From an uncultured Solirubrobacterales bacterium (lineage in GTDB: Bacteria; Actinomycetota; Thermoleophilia; Solirubrobacterales; Solirubrobacteraceae): 64,000 nt of DNA. The DNA is taken from contig CAVOOV010000014.1 in the NCBI GenBank assembly GCA_963697655.1, positions 38,118-102,117 on the forward strand, written 5' to 3'. The notes under the pieces are model-generated. The model saw only the letters and a program-made list of their open reading frames with translations, made no database searches and had not been told where the DNA came from. Positions 1-13,087 of the stretch are shown here, one piece after another. The translations under genes were made by a program, and so were the position numbers. Position 1 is the stretch's first letter; each line of letters opens with the position of its first letter.

Positions 1-1693
<1,693 letters not shown>

Positions 1694-1742
1694 CAGATGA
1701 TTGTGGCAGCGTGCCGTGATCGGGCACGCAACTCTTCGGGCG

Positions 1743-2111
1743 TTATTCGATCCTGGTCCGGAACGAATCCGCGCCCTCGACGCTCGCGCCGGCGGCCCAC
1801 GCGCGGTCGGCCAGCCATCGATCGGAGGTCACGACCCGCACCGCCGCGGGATCAGGGTCCGCGCGCAGGCGCCGCACGATCTCGTCATCGGCCGAGTTCG
1901 GGCGGGGCCTCGGGGCATGGGCCACCTCGATCACGGTCGAGCGGATCGGCGGTCGCGGGGGGCGCTCGAACACGACCGTGACGTCCTCACCGCTCACCGC
2001 GGCCCACCGCTCGAGCATGTCGACGAGCCGCAGCATCGCCGCGTCGCGGTCCTTCCACCAGGCGTCCGGCCGGGTGCCGATCACGTTCATGCCGTCAACG
2101 AGCCACCGCAT
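1743..2111 (-). CDS. NYN/YacP-like PIN-domain protein
   Basis: [10 protein letters not shown]...VVFE...ADDEI...VVTSDR pattern. Confidence 0.8.
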   Translation of the reverse strand: MRWLVDGMNVIGTRPDAWWKDRDAAMLRLVDMLERWAAVSGEDVTVVFERPPRPPIRSTVIEVAHAPRPRPNSADDEIVRRLRADPDPAAVRVVTSDRWLADRAWAAGASVEGADSFRTRIE

Positions 2112-2153
2112 TGCGGGTGAGGCTAGTGGTCGCCTCCGTATTTGCGGGACCAC

Positions 2154-2567
2154 TCAGTCGTCGGTCGGGGGTCGTTGCCGGTTGCGCTTGCGGGCGGCCT
2201 GGCGGCGCTTGCTGTCCAGGCGGCGGTGCACCGACGCCGTCGTCGGCCGCGTCGCGTGGCGGTGGCGCGGCGTGGCGAGCGCCTTGGTCAAGCGCCGGCG
2301 CAGTCGCTCGAGTGCGAGCTCGCGATTGCGGGCCTGGCCGCGGGCGTCCTGGGCGACCGCGGTTACGCGCGGGCCCGCGCGCGCGATCACGCGTCGCTTC
2401 TGCTCGTCGGTCAGCGCCGAGGAGGCCTCGACGTCGAAGCTCGCCTCGACGCGCGAGGCGGTGACGTTGGCGTGCTGGCCGCCCGGGCCCGAGGAGCGCG
2501 ACGTCCGCACGGTGATCTCGCGCAGCGGCACCTTGACGTCACGACCGATTGACATCGGATCGTCCAT
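2154..2567 (-). CDS. arfB: Alternative ribosome rescue peptidyl-tRNA hydrolase ArfB
   Basis: RSSGPGGQHAN (GGQ) motif and basic C-terminal tail. Confidence 0.92.
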   Translation of the reverse strand: MDDPMSIGRDVKVPLREITVRTSRSSGPGGQHANVTASRVEASFDVEASSALTDEQKRRVIARAGPRVTAVAQDARGQARNRELALERLRRRLTKALATPRHRHATRPTTASVHRRLDSKRRQAARKRNRQRPPTDD

Positions 2568-2684
2568 GTCCTGTACCTTCCCAGGTCGTAAGGCCGTCCG
2601 ACTGACCGGGCGGCGCCAAGCAGGTGCAGGCTCCGGGCGGCACATCCTCCGCGGTAGCAGCACTTCAAGCGGAGGACACTCCAG

Positions 2685-2888
2685 ATGCCAAACGGCACAG
2701 TTAAATGGTTCAGCGACGAGAAGGGGTTCGGCTTCATCACCCCCGACGACGGCGGTCGCGACCTGTTCGTCCATCACTCGAGCATCACCGCCGACGGCTA
2801 CCGCTCGCTCGCCGAGGGCAGCAAGGTCTCCTATGAGGAGGAGGCCTCCCCGAAGGGCCCGAAGGCAGTGAACGTCAACAAGATTTAG
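2685..2888 (+). CDS. cspA: Cold-shock protein
   Basis: [22 protein letters not shown]; GGAGGA RBS. Confidence 0.97.
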   Translation: MPNGTVKWFSDEKGFGFITPDDGGRDLFVHHSSITADGYRSLAEGSKVSYEEEASPKGPKAVNVNKI

Positions 2889-3193
2889 AGGCTCCGGTGC
2901 CTGTCCGCATCGGGTGACGCGCGCCGGCGACCTGCCTCGCTCAGCGACTCGATCGGGCGCGAGTCACCCGAGTGGGACATGCACCTACGCAGCTCTCGCG
3001 AGCGCGCGTAGCTTGGGCCGCCGAGGGCGGCGTCCGTGGGGCCGTGCGGGCCCGTCCGGACGGGGTGGATGGTCCCAGGGACGCCGCGTCAGCGGCCCAT
3101 GAACGCCCTCAGCCACCCATTCGGGGGGGCAGGGCGAAACTTCGTCCCGCCCTGTGCGTACTATGGGTAGGCGGTTGACTTGGGCGCACGTAG

Positions 3194-5031
3194 ATGACTA
3201 AGACGGTCGAGGAGCGCGAGCGGGTCGTAGTGCGGTTCGCGGGCGACTCCGGAGACGGGATGCAGCTGGCGGGCAGCCGGTTCACGGACGCGACCGCGGT
3301 GTCGGGCAACGACCTGGCGACGCTGCCGAACTTCCCGGCCGAGATCCGCGCGCCGGCCGGCACGCTCGCCGGCGTCTCGGCGTTCCAGATCCACTTCGCC
3401 TCCCGCGACATCCTGACCCCGGGCGACGCGCCGAACGTGCTCGTCGCGATGAACCCGGCCGCGCTCAAGGCGAACCTCGCGGAGGTCGAGCGCGGCGCGA
3501 CGATCATCGTCAACGAGGACGCGTTCACCAAGCGCAACCTCGAGAAGGCCGGCTACGACTCCAACCCGCTCGAGGACGGCTCGCTGAGCGCGTTCCGCGT
3601 GCACCGGATCCCGATGACCACGCTCACCATGCGCGCGGTCGAGGGGATCGAGGACGCCTCGACCCGCGACGCCGGCCGGGCCAAGAACCTGTTCGCGCTC
3701 GGGGTGCTGTCGTGGCTGTACGGCCGCCCGACCGACGTCACCAAGACGCTGGATCGAGCAGAAGTTCGCGCGGCAAGCCGGCGGTGCTGCAGGCGAACCT
3801 CGCCGCGTTCAACGCCGGTTGGTCGTTCGGCGAGACGACCGAGCTGCTCGACGTCCAGTACCGGGTCAAGCCGGCGACCGACGTCCCGCCGGGCACGTAC
3901 CGCAACGTCAACGGCACGACCGCGCTGTCGCTCGGGCTGATCGCGGCGAGCGTCCGCAGCGGGCTGCCGCTGGTGCTCGCGAGCTATCCGATCACGCCCG
4001 CTTCCGAGCTGCTGCACGAGCTCTCGCGCCACGCGGCGCTCGGCGTCACGACGATCCAGGCCGAGGACGAGATCGCGGCCGCGGGGATGGCGCTCGGCGC
4101 CGCGTTCGGCGGGCGCCTCGGCGTGACCGCGACGAGCGGGCCGGGCATGGACCTGAAGGCCGAGACGATCGGGCTGGCGGTGGCGCTCGAGCTGCCGATG
4201 ATCGTGATCGACGTGCAGCGCGCCGGCCCGTCGACCGGGATGCCGACCAAGACCGAGCAGTCGGACCTGCTGATGGCGCTGTACGGCCGCCACGGCGAGT
4301 CGCCGCTGCCGGTGATCGCCCCGAGCACGCCGCGGCGGCTGCTTCGAGGCGGCGTTCGAGGCGGTCCAGATCGCGATCCGCTACCGGACCCCGGTGATCC
4401 TGCTCTCGGACACGTTCCTGGCCTCCTCCTCGGAGCCGTGGCGGGTCCCGGTCGTCGCCGATCTGCCGTCGATCGACCCGGCGTTCGCGCGCGCCGCAGG
4501 AGGGCGAGGAGTTCATGCCCTACGCCCGCGACGAGCGGCTCGCGCGGCCGTGGGCGATCCCGGGCACGCCCGGGCTGCAGCACCGGATCGGCGGCCTCGA
4601 GAAGGCCGACGGCACCGGCAACATCTCCTACGACGCCGCCAACCACGAGCGGATGACCGAGCTGCGCGCCGCGAAGGTCGCCGGGATCGCGCGGGACATC
4701 CCGCCGCTGGCGGTCGATGCCGAGCCCGGCGCGCGGCTGCTGGTGCTCGGGTGGGGCTCGAGCGAGGGCGCGATCCGCGCCGGCGTGCGGCGGGCCCGAG
4801 AGGCCGGTCACACGGTCGCGAGCGCGCACCTGCGCCACCTGAACCCGCTGCCCGGCGAACACCGGCGACGTGCTGCGCTCGTTCGACCGCGTGCTCGTGC
4901 CCGAGATGAACACCGGCCAGCTCGCGCAGCTGCTGCGCGCCAAGTTCCTGGTCGACGTCGAGTCGTTCTGCAAGGTGCAGGGGCAGCCGCTGTTCGCCGT
5001 CCGAGATCGAAGAGCTGATCGCGGAGCGGCA

Positions 5032-5035
<4 letters not shown>
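3194..5035 (+). CDS. korA: 2-oxoacid:ferredoxin oxidoreductase alpha subunit (split by several frameshifts)
   Basis: RFAGDSGDGMQ, YPITPASE, QAEDEIAA, TSGPG, QRAGPSTG, HRIGGLEK and PEMNTGQL motifs spread over ORFs 3194, 3712, 4394, 4515 and 4870. Confidence 0.9.
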
Positions 5036-6071
<1,036 letters not shown>

Positions 6072-6154
6072 CGGCCCGGACCGCCCGATGCCGGCCGCGG
6101 GCGGCGCCTGCTGAGGGCACGGGCTGCCCGCGCAGCGCTCGCTACGCTCGATAC

Positions 6155-6490
6155 GTGAACGTAGAGCTGCTGTGGTGGGAGGGATGTCCCTCGACCGAGC
6201 GCACGCTGGCCGCGGTGCAGGAGGCGCTGGGTGAGCTTGACCTTTCCGACGTCGAGGTCCGCATGCGCGAGATCAAGGACGACGGGGACGCCCACGAGGC
6301 CGGGTTCGTCGGATCGCCGACGATCCTGATCGATGGGGTCGACCTCGTCCCGTCCGCCGCCGAGGAGCAGATCGGCCTGAGCTGCCGGGTGTATCGCCGG
6401 CGCGACGGTCGCGTGAGTCCGATTCCAGATCCTGACGATCTGCGCGAGGCGCTGTCGCGTGCTGCCGAGCGCACGGAGGTGAAGCCATGA
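6155..6490 (+). CDS. Small thioredoxin-fold protein (DUF2703/alkylmercury-lyase N-terminal-like)
   Basis: ELLWWEGCPS...FVGSPTILIDG...SCRVY. Confidence 0.75.
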   Translation: MNVELLWWEGCPSTERTLAAVQEALGELDLSDVEVRMREIKDDGDAHEAGFVGSPTILIDGVDLVPSAAEEQIGLSCRVYRRRDGRVSPIPDPDDLREALSRAAERTEVKP

Positions 6491-7014
6491 GTATCTCGAT
6501 CGGCGCGCAGGCGCCCGACTTCCAGCTGCCCGACACCGACGGCGCCACCTGGTCGGCGTCCGACTCCGGAGTTCCGGCCACCGTGGTCGTGTTCACCTGC
6601 AACCACTGCCCGTACGCGCTCGCCTGGCAGGACCGGCTCGCCGATGCCGCGCGCGACTACGCCGATCGCGGTGTCCGCTTCCTCGCGATCAACGCCAACG
6701 ACGCCGACCGTTACCCGCGGGACTCGTTTGACGCGATGAGGTCGCGGGTCGCCGGCGAGGACTGGCCGATGCCGTATCTGCACGACGCCACGCAGGAGGT
6801 CGCGCACGCGTACGACGCGAAGGTGACGCCCGACGTGTTCGTGCTCGACTCCGAGCGCCGGCTCCAGTATCGCGGCGCGCCCGACAGCGACTACGACGAT
6901 CCGGGTCAGAACGCGCAGTGGCTCCGGGAAGCCTTGGATGCGGTGCTGGGCGGCTCTGAGCCGTCGCGGGCGGAGACCAAGCCGGTCGGCTGCTCGATCA
7001 AGTGGAAGCGGTAG
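6487..7014 (+). CDS. Thioredoxin family (AhpC/TSA-like) redoxin
   Basis: FTCNHCPY, TPDVF, C-terminal GCSIKWK. Confidence 0.92.
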   Translation: MSISIGAQAPDFQLPDTDGATWSASDSGVPATVVVFTCNHCPYALAWQDRLADAARDYADRGVRFLAINANDADRYPRDSFDAMRSRVAGEDWPMPYLHDATQEVAHAYDAKVTPDVFVLDSERRLQYRGAPDSDYDDPGQNAQWLREALDAVLGGSEPSRAETKPVGCSIKWKR

Positions 7015-7016
7015 CG

Positions 7017-7340
7017 ATGGACGACTACACGCCGCAGCAGGTGGCGGAGCTGATCGAGCGCGGCGAGATCCAGCTGATCGACGTGCGCCAGCCCGAGGAG
7101 CACGACGCGGGCCGGATTGCCGGCGATCGCCTGGTGGTGCTCGCGGACCTCGCTGGCGAGGTCGACAGCATCGACCGCACGCGTCCGGTGGTCTTCTATT
7201 GCCGCAGTGGCGCTCGCTCGGCGATGGCGACCGAGGCTTTCCGCGGCGCGGGGTTCGACGCCCACAACATGCTTGGCGGTTTGCTCGACTGGGACGCCGC
7301 CGGGCTCCCGCTCGAGCCGGCCGACGGCTACGTGGCGTAG
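7017..7340 (+). CDS. Rhodanese-like domain protein
   Basis: LIDVRQPEE, YCRSGARS, GGLLDW. Confidence 0.92.
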   Translation: MDDYTPQQVAELIERGEIQLIDVRQPEEHDAGRIAGDRLVVLADLAGEVDSIDRTRPVVFYCRSGARSAMATEAFRGAGFDAHNMLGGLLDWDAAGLPLEPADGYVA

Positions 7341-7545
7341 GTCCGCCGCAGCGCCAGCAGCACGCCCTCCAGGAGCAGCGCCCGGCCGCTCCGTCCGGCT
7401 CGGCCACCGCCGCACGGTGGGCCTGGGGACCGCCGTCTGCAAGATTTCGGTCGCCCTAAAGGAATCTGCCCCCGGAGCCCGATAGGGGTTATGAAACATT
7501 TGTCGGCCGCGTCGTGTAGGCTGCCGCGCCGACATAGAAAAGCCC

Positions 7546-7682
7546 AGCCGAGTTCCCGGTGCCACGGCTCCGGGAAGCGGGGAACCCGATGGGGCCGACA
7601 GGCCCCGGGGGGCGAATCGCCGGATCTTCCGGCGTAGCGCACTCTTTCAGCGCGAGCCCGACAGCTAACCCCGTAGGCGCAA
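7546..7682 (+). ncRNA. c-di-AMP (ydaO/yuaA) riboswitch
   Basis: GGGGAACC...GGGGCGAATC...GAGCCCGACAGCTAACCCCGTAGGC signature upstream of a peptidoglycan hydrolase. Confidence 0.9.
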
Positions 7683-7695
7683 GAAAGAGAAGGGG

Positions 7696-8568
7696 TTGTA
7701 CTTGTCGAGCCTGGATTTACAACGCGTCGCCCGTAGGGCGGGTGCGTCTGCACTGATAGCGACGGCGGTGCTTGCCGGCGCAACGGCCAGCGCGAAGACT
7801 CCGGCCAGTCATCCGGCCTCCGGAGGCGCCGCGATGTCGGCCACGATCAAGACCGCGGGCACGCTCAACAAGGCGAGCACGGCCAGCAAGCTCGGCGGAC
7901 GCCTACTCCGCGCGGGCCTGCACGGCACCGACGTGACAATTCTTCAGGGCTATTTGACGATCGCCGGCTACCCGACTTCGGTCGACGGCCAGTTCGGGCC
8001 GGCGACGGCGGCGAGCGTGGCCGCGTTCAAGGCGGCTCACAGCATGACTCCCGCGAACGGAGTCGCCGGTCCAGCGTTCATCAAGTCGCTCGAGTCGGCG
8101 ATCAGCGCGTTCGAGAGCGACGTGCCGACGACGAAGGCAACGATCAATCCGGATGGCACCGCCACCGCGCCGGCCGGCGCGCCCGCCGCGGTCCAGTCCG
8201 TCATCGCTGCGGCCAACAGCATCATCGACACCTCGTACTGCGTCGGCGGCGGTCACGGCAATTGGAACTCGAGCTGCTACGACTGCTCCGGCTCGACGAG
8301 CTTCGCGCTTCACGGTGGCGGCCTGCTGTCGAGCTCCGAGGATTCGTCGGGGCTGATGTCGTACGGCCAGCCAGGCCCCGGTAAGTGGATCACGATCTAC
8401 TCCGATCCGAGCCACGTGTTCATCGTGGTCGACGGAATCGCGTTCGACACGGCGGACTACGGCGGTCCCAACATCCCGTCGGGGACCGGCCCGCGGTGGC
8501 GCTCGAACCCGCTCGGGAACCTTGCTGACGGCGGCGATTACGTCGTCCGTCACCCGCCCGGCATGTAG
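7696..8568 (+). CDS. Secreted peptidoglycan-binding, NlpC/P60-like hydrolase
   Basis: Signal peptide, PG-binding motif (LRAGLHGTDV..LQ..L...VDGQFGPAT), YDCSG and a downstream His. Confidence 0.85.
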   Translation: MYLSSLDLQRVARRAGASALIATAVLAGATASAKTPASHPASGGAAMSATIKTAGTLNKASTASKLGGRLLRAGLHGTDVTILQGYLTIAGYPTSVDGQFGPATAASVAAFKAAHSMTPANGVAGPAFIKSLESAISAFESDVPTTKATINPDGTATAPAGAPAAVQSVIAAANSIIDTSYCVGGGHGNWNSSCYDCSGSTSFALHGGGLLSSSEDSSGLMSYGQPGPGKWITIYSDPSHVFIVVDGIAFDTADYGGPNIPSGTGPRWRSNPLGNLADGGDYVVRHPPGM

Positions 8569-8582
8569 GAGGAGGATCGGCA

Positions 8583-8613
8583 GGGGCATCCGGCGCCTGC
8601 CGCCGGATGCCCC
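8583..8613 (+). terminator. GC-rich hairpin, probable terminator
   Basis: 13-bp perfect stem GGGGCATCCGGCG/CGCCGGATGCCCC just after the stop codon; no strong U tail. Confidence 0.55.
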
Positions 8614-8639
8614 GCCCTTCCGTGAGCGCCGGCCCCTGG

Positions 8640-8738
8640 CCGGCGCGGACGACGTAAGGCCTACGCCTCTGTCCGGCGCGGACGACGTAAGGCCTACGCC
8701 TCTGTCCGGCGCGGAGGACCTAAGGCCTGCGCCTCTGT
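8640..8738. repeat. 33-bp tandem repeat x3
   Basis: CCGGCGCGGACGACGTAAGGCCTACGCCTCTGT twice identical, third copy diverged. Confidence 0.92.
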
Positions 8739-8802
8739 CGTAGCATGAGTAGAGGCATGAGGACAGGACCGAGGTCGAGCCGGTGAGCATCGGGCGGGCG
8801 AG

Positions 8803-9450
8803 ATGAATTCGAGCCAGCCCACAGCTCGCCGCGTGCTCCTGTCCGCGCTGGCGGCGATGACCGTCGGACTGGGTGCGGTGAGCCTGTTGGCCGGCTTCAG
8901 CGAATCGCCGCCGGTCCGCCTGCTCCAGGGCATCGCAGTGTTCGGCGCCGGCGCGGTGATCGTCGGCGGCGCGGTCGTCCTCGTGATGATCCGCCTGGCC
9001 GATTGGCGCGATCCGGAGTCCGAGACCGACTTCGAGGCGCTCGTGCTGCGCACCGAGCGGCTCGCGGCTGACGGCTCCTGGGGCGCGGAAGGGGGCGAAG
9101 AGGACGAGGACGACGAGGACCTCTTTGACCCTTACAACGAGGAGGACTTCCGGGTGCTCGTGCGGGCGGCGATTGACGATCTGCCGCTCGAGTTCCATCG
9201 CGCGCTGGAGCACGTGGCGGTGGTTGTCTCCGACAGCGGCCGGCGCCAGCGCGCGTACGGCCTCTACCAGGGCGACACGATCGCCCAGGACTACTTCCAC
9301 GACCGCATCGTGATCTTCCGCGACACGCTGCTGCGGGACTTCGGCCACGATCCCGATCTGCTGAAGGCGCAGGTGACCCGCACGCTTCGGCACGAGCTCG
9401 CCCATCACCTGGGGTGGGACGAGAAGGGCGTCCGCGGGCTGGGGTTGTAG
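8803..9450 (+). CDS. Zincin-like metallopeptidase family protein with N-terminal TM helices
   Basis: YGLYQG, DRIVIFR, HELAHHLG. Confidence 0.85.
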   Translation: MNSSQPTARRVLLSALAAMTVGLGAVSLLAGFSESPPVRLLQGIAVFGAGAVIVGGAVVLVMIRLADWRDPESETDFEALVLRTERLAADGSWGAEGGEEDEDDEDLFDPYNEEDFRVLVRAAIDDLPLEFHRALEHVAVVVSDSGRRQRAYGLYQGDTIAQDYFHDRIVIFRDTLLRDFGHDPDLLKAQVTRTLRHELAHHLGWDEKGVRGLGL

Positions 9451-9538
9451 GTCCGCCGGCGGGGTGCCGGCGCCTCGGGCTCTATGGCCGGCGCCGGGCC
9501 GCTTCGACTGAGGCGGGAGGCAGGCGCGCTGACTACGC

Positions 9539-10579
9539 TTGGACTGCCGGGCCGGCCAGGCGCGCGCAAGCGGCGGCGTTCGGTCGTTCGCCGCGTTGCT
9601 GGCGGGCATCGATCATCACGTTCCGGCCTGCACGGTCAACCGCTCCTGCGCGTCTTCGCCGCAGACGCTCCGGATGGCGTTCCACGCGATCAAGGCGGGC
9701 GAGGGCGACCAGTACATCGCCGCCGGGATCGAGGCCGTGTCCCGGGCCGGACTCGGCGCCGGGATGATGGAGGAGGCCAAGAACCCGCACCTGAACGGCT
9801 CGGAAGGCTCGGCCTACGACGTCTATATCCCGATGGGGCTGACTGCCGAGAACGTCGCCGACCGCTGCCACGTCACGCGCGAGCAGCAGGACGAGTGGGC
9901 GGTGACCTCGCAGGCCCGGGCCGTCGACGCGCGCGACTCCGGTCACTTCGACGCGGAGATCGTGCCGGTGCCGGTCCCCGCGCACAAGGACACCGACAAG
10001 GAGGGGAACGACGTGGACGTCCCCGAGGCGGTGGTGACCAGGGACGACGGCCCTCGCGCCGGGACGACGATGGAGGTGCTGGCGAAGCTGAAGCCCGGGT
10101 TCCGCCCCGACGGCACCGTCACCGCCGGCAACGCGTGCCCGCTCAACGACGGGGCCGCGGCGGTCCTCGTGATGTCGGCCGAGAAGGCCAAGCGTCTCGG
10201 CCTGGAGCCGAAGGCGCGGATCATCGCCTCGACTGTCGCCGCGATTCGGCCCGAGATCATGGGCCTGGGTCCGATTCCGGCGATCCAGGCGCTGCTCGCG
10301 CAGACCGGCGTGAACATCGACGACGTCGACGTGGTCGAGATCAACGAGGCATTCGCGGCGCAGATCGTCCCGTGCAAGGAGGATCTCGGGATCCCGGATG
10401 AGAAGCTCAATCCGTTCGGTGGCGCGATCGCGCTCGGGCACCCGTTCGGGATGACCGGCGCGCGCATCATGACCACGCTGATCAACGGCCTGCGCGCGCT
10501 CGACGGCACGCTCGGGATCGAGTCGATGTGCGTCGCCGGCGGGATGGGCCAGGCGATGCTGATCGAGCGGCTGAACTGA
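9539..10579 (+). pseudogene. Acetyl-CoA C-acyltransferase (thiolase), 5'-truncated
   Basis: TVNRSCASS, NEAF, GAIALGHP and CVAGGMG are present; the usual N-terminal (R-T-P-x-G) segment and a credible start are missing. Confidence 0.7.
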
Positions 10580-10631
10580 GCGCCGGAGCGGCGGAGCGCA
10601 GGGATGCCGGCGGGGCCGGCCGCCTACGCCG

Positions 10632-12830
10632 TCAGGCGCGGGGCTCGACAGCCACCCGCCGTCCGCCATCGCGACGCTCAGCGGGGTCGGCTTGCCGACG
10701 AAGTAGCCCTGGGCGTAGTCGACGTGGTGCTTCTGGAGCAGCCCGATCGTCTCGGCGTCGGCGACCGACTCGGCGACGGTCTTGATCCCGAGCGCCTGGG
10801 AGACGCCGACGATCGCCTTGACCATGTGCTCGTCGACCTCGCTGCGGGGCAGGTTCTGGATGAACTCGCCGTCGAGCTTCACGTAGCTCACCGGCAGGTG
10901 CTTGAGGTAGTAGAAGGAGCCGAAGCCGGTGCCGAAGTCGTCGAGCGCGAGGCTGCAGCCGAGGTCGGTCAGGCCGCGGGCGAACGCGGTGGCCTCGGGC
11001 ATGTTGGCGATCGCGGCCGTCTCGGTGACCTCGAAGATCAGCTTGGAGGGGTCGACGGACGAGCGCTCGAGCTCGCGCTCGATCATCCGCAGCGAGCTCC
11101 GGATCGCCGACGACGGACTCGCCGCTGAGGTTGATCCCGACCCGCGGGATCGGGCCCATCGACTCGGCGATCAGCTGGATCGCCCGGGCCACGACCCAGC
11201 GGTCGATCGCGTGGATCAGGCCGAACCGCTCGGCGGCGGGAAGGAACGCTCCCGGCGCGATCAGCTTGCCGCGCTCGCCCTTCATCCGCAGCAGCAGCTC
11301 GCCGTGCTTGATCTGGCCGGTGGCGAGCTCGAGGATCGGCTGGAGGTGGAGCACGAAGCGGTCGCGGTCGAGCGCGTCCTGGATGCGCTGCGACCAGGTC
11401 AGCTTCGCCATCGCGCGGGCCTTGCGGGCCTCGGGCGCGGTGTAGACCACGACCCGGTCGCGCCCGGCGGTCTTGGCGGCGTACATCGCGAGGTCGGCGT
11501 TGACGAGCACCTCGCCGGCGGTGGCGTCGTCGGACTCGAACGCGGTCACGCCGATGCTGGCGCTGATCCGGAACGGCCTGCCGCCGTAGCTCGCCGGGCC
11601 GTTGCGGATCTCGGCGAGCAGATCCTCGGCCGCGGCGCGGGCCTCGTCGGGTCCGACCGCTGAGAGCAGCACCGCGAACTCGTCGCCGCCGAGCCGGGCC
11701 ACGACGTCGGTCGAGCGGAACCGGTTGCCGAGCACCCGCGCCACCTGGACGAGCACAGCGTCGCCGGCGGCATGCCCGGCGGAGTCGTTGATCCCCTTGA
11801 AGTTGTCGATGTCGATGCTGAGCACCGCGCTGTGAGCGGCGTAGCGCCCGGCCCGGGCGAGCTCGCGCTTGAGCTGCTCGTCGAAGCGGCGGCGGTTGAA
11901 CAGGCCGGTCAGCTGGTCGTGGTCGGCCATGTGCCGCAGCCGCTCCTCGTAGCGCACGCGCTCGGTCGTGTCGCGCGCGATGATCGCCGTCGACACGATC
12001 CGGCCGTTCGCATCGGTCACCGGCGAGACCGTCAACGAGACCGCGATCACGCTTCCGTCCTTGCGAATGCCCTCGGTCTCGAAGTTCTCGATCGACTCGC
12101 CCGAGAGCAGCGTCTGCAGGATCTTCTGCTGCTCGCCGGCCCGGTGCGTGGGCTCGATCAACCCGATCGGCTGTCCGATGGCTTCCGTGGCGGAGAAGCC
12201 GTACAGCTGCTCGGCACCGCGGTTCCAGCTCGTGATCGTGCCGTCGCGGGCCTTGGTGACGATCGCGTCTCTGGTCGACTGGACCACGTAGCTGAGGAGG
12301 TCGCGGGCCGATCTCGCCGCCGCCTCGTCGGTGACGTCCTGCATCGTCCCGACGACCTTGATCGGTCCGCGCTTGGACACCTTGACCGCCTCACCGCGGG
12401 CGCGCACGACCCGCTCGGCGCCGTCGAACCGCGTCACGCGGAACTCGAAGTGCAGCGGCTCGCGGGTGCCGTAAGCGCCCTCGAACGACTTCTCGACCAG
12501 CTCCCGGTCCTCGGGGTGGACGCGCTCGAGCAACAACTCACGCGTGAGCTCGACGTCCGTCGGCGTCGCGAAGATGCGGTGCAGGCCGGGGGAGTAGTGC
12601 GTTTCGCCGGTGTCGAGCGCTAGCTCGAAGCTCCCGGTCTCCGCCGCCTGCTCGGCGTCGGTGAGCAACCGCTCGCCGCGGGCTCGTTCCTCGGCACGCA
12701 TAAGCGCGTCAAGGATCAGCGGTCCGGCTTCGGTCAGCGACTGGGATCGCTCGAGCGCTTCGGTGACCGCGCGCTGGAGGTCGAGCCACTCGCCGGCCCC
12801 GCGATGTTGTTTGGGGGGCGGCTTCATCAC
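10632..12830 (-). CDS. PAS-PAS-GGDEF-EAL diguanylate cyclase/phosphodiesterase (frameshift near 11095)
   Basis: DQLTGLFNRR, RLGGDEF, ELLLR; the EAL C-half (EVTET, LDDFGTG, KLDGEF, QGY) is in a second frame; the 3' end is approximate. Confidence 0.9.
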   Translation of the reverse strand: MMKPPPKQHRGAGEWLDLQRAVTEALERSQSLTEAGPLILDALMRAEERARGERLLTDAEQAAETGSFELALDTGETHYSPGLHRIFATPTDVELTRELLLERVHPEDRELVEKSFEGAYGTREPLHFEFRVTRFDGAERVVRARGEAVKVSKRGPIKVVGTMQDVTDEAAARSARDLLSYVVQSTRDAIVTKARDGTITSWNRGAEQLYGFSATEAIGQPIGLIEPTHRAGEQQKILQTLLSGESIENFETEGIRKDGSVIAVSLTVSPVTDANGRIVSTAIIARDTTERVRYEERLRHMADHDQLTGLFNRRRFDEQLKRELARAGRYAAHSAVLSIDIDNFKGINDSAGHAAGDAVLVQVARVLGNRFRSTDVVARLGGDEFAVLLSAVGPDEARAAAEDLLAEIRNGPASYGGRPFRISASIGVTAFESDDATAGEVLVNADLAMYAAKTAGRDRVVVYTAPEARKARAMAKLTWSQRIQDALDRDRFVLHLQPILELATGQIKHGELLLRMKGERGKLIAPGAFLPAAERFGLIHAIDRWVVARAIQLIAESMGPIPRVGINLSGESVVGDPELAADDRARARALVRRPLQADLRGHRDGRDRQHARGHRVRPRPDRPRLQPRARRLRHRLRLLLLPQAPAGELREARRRVHPEPAPQRGRRAHGQGDRRRLPGARDQDRRRVGRRRRDDRAAPEAPRRLRPGLLRRQADPAERRDGGRRVAVEPRA

Positions 12831-13087
12831 GACTATTCTGGCGATGTCCCGCGGGGGGACAAGGGTCGCCGTTCACCACCCTGCATGGTGAGCGCCAACT
12901 GGGTACTCCCTTCCTGGATGGCAGGAGTTTACCCCTGCAAAGGGCCCTAGAAGCGCCGGTAGAACAGATGTTTAGTGAGGGTTGGAGCGGGTGGGGCGGC
13001 GCGCTCGGTGGGGGCCGACGGGCGTCGGCGCGCGGTGGGCGGCACCGGTGCGAGCGGGCGGAGCGGTGCGGATTTCCGGCGGGCTCG

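Noticed and set aside
12961-12974. LexA-box-like AGAAC-AGAT-GTTTA
   Set aside because: Several mismatches and no credible SOS gene downstream
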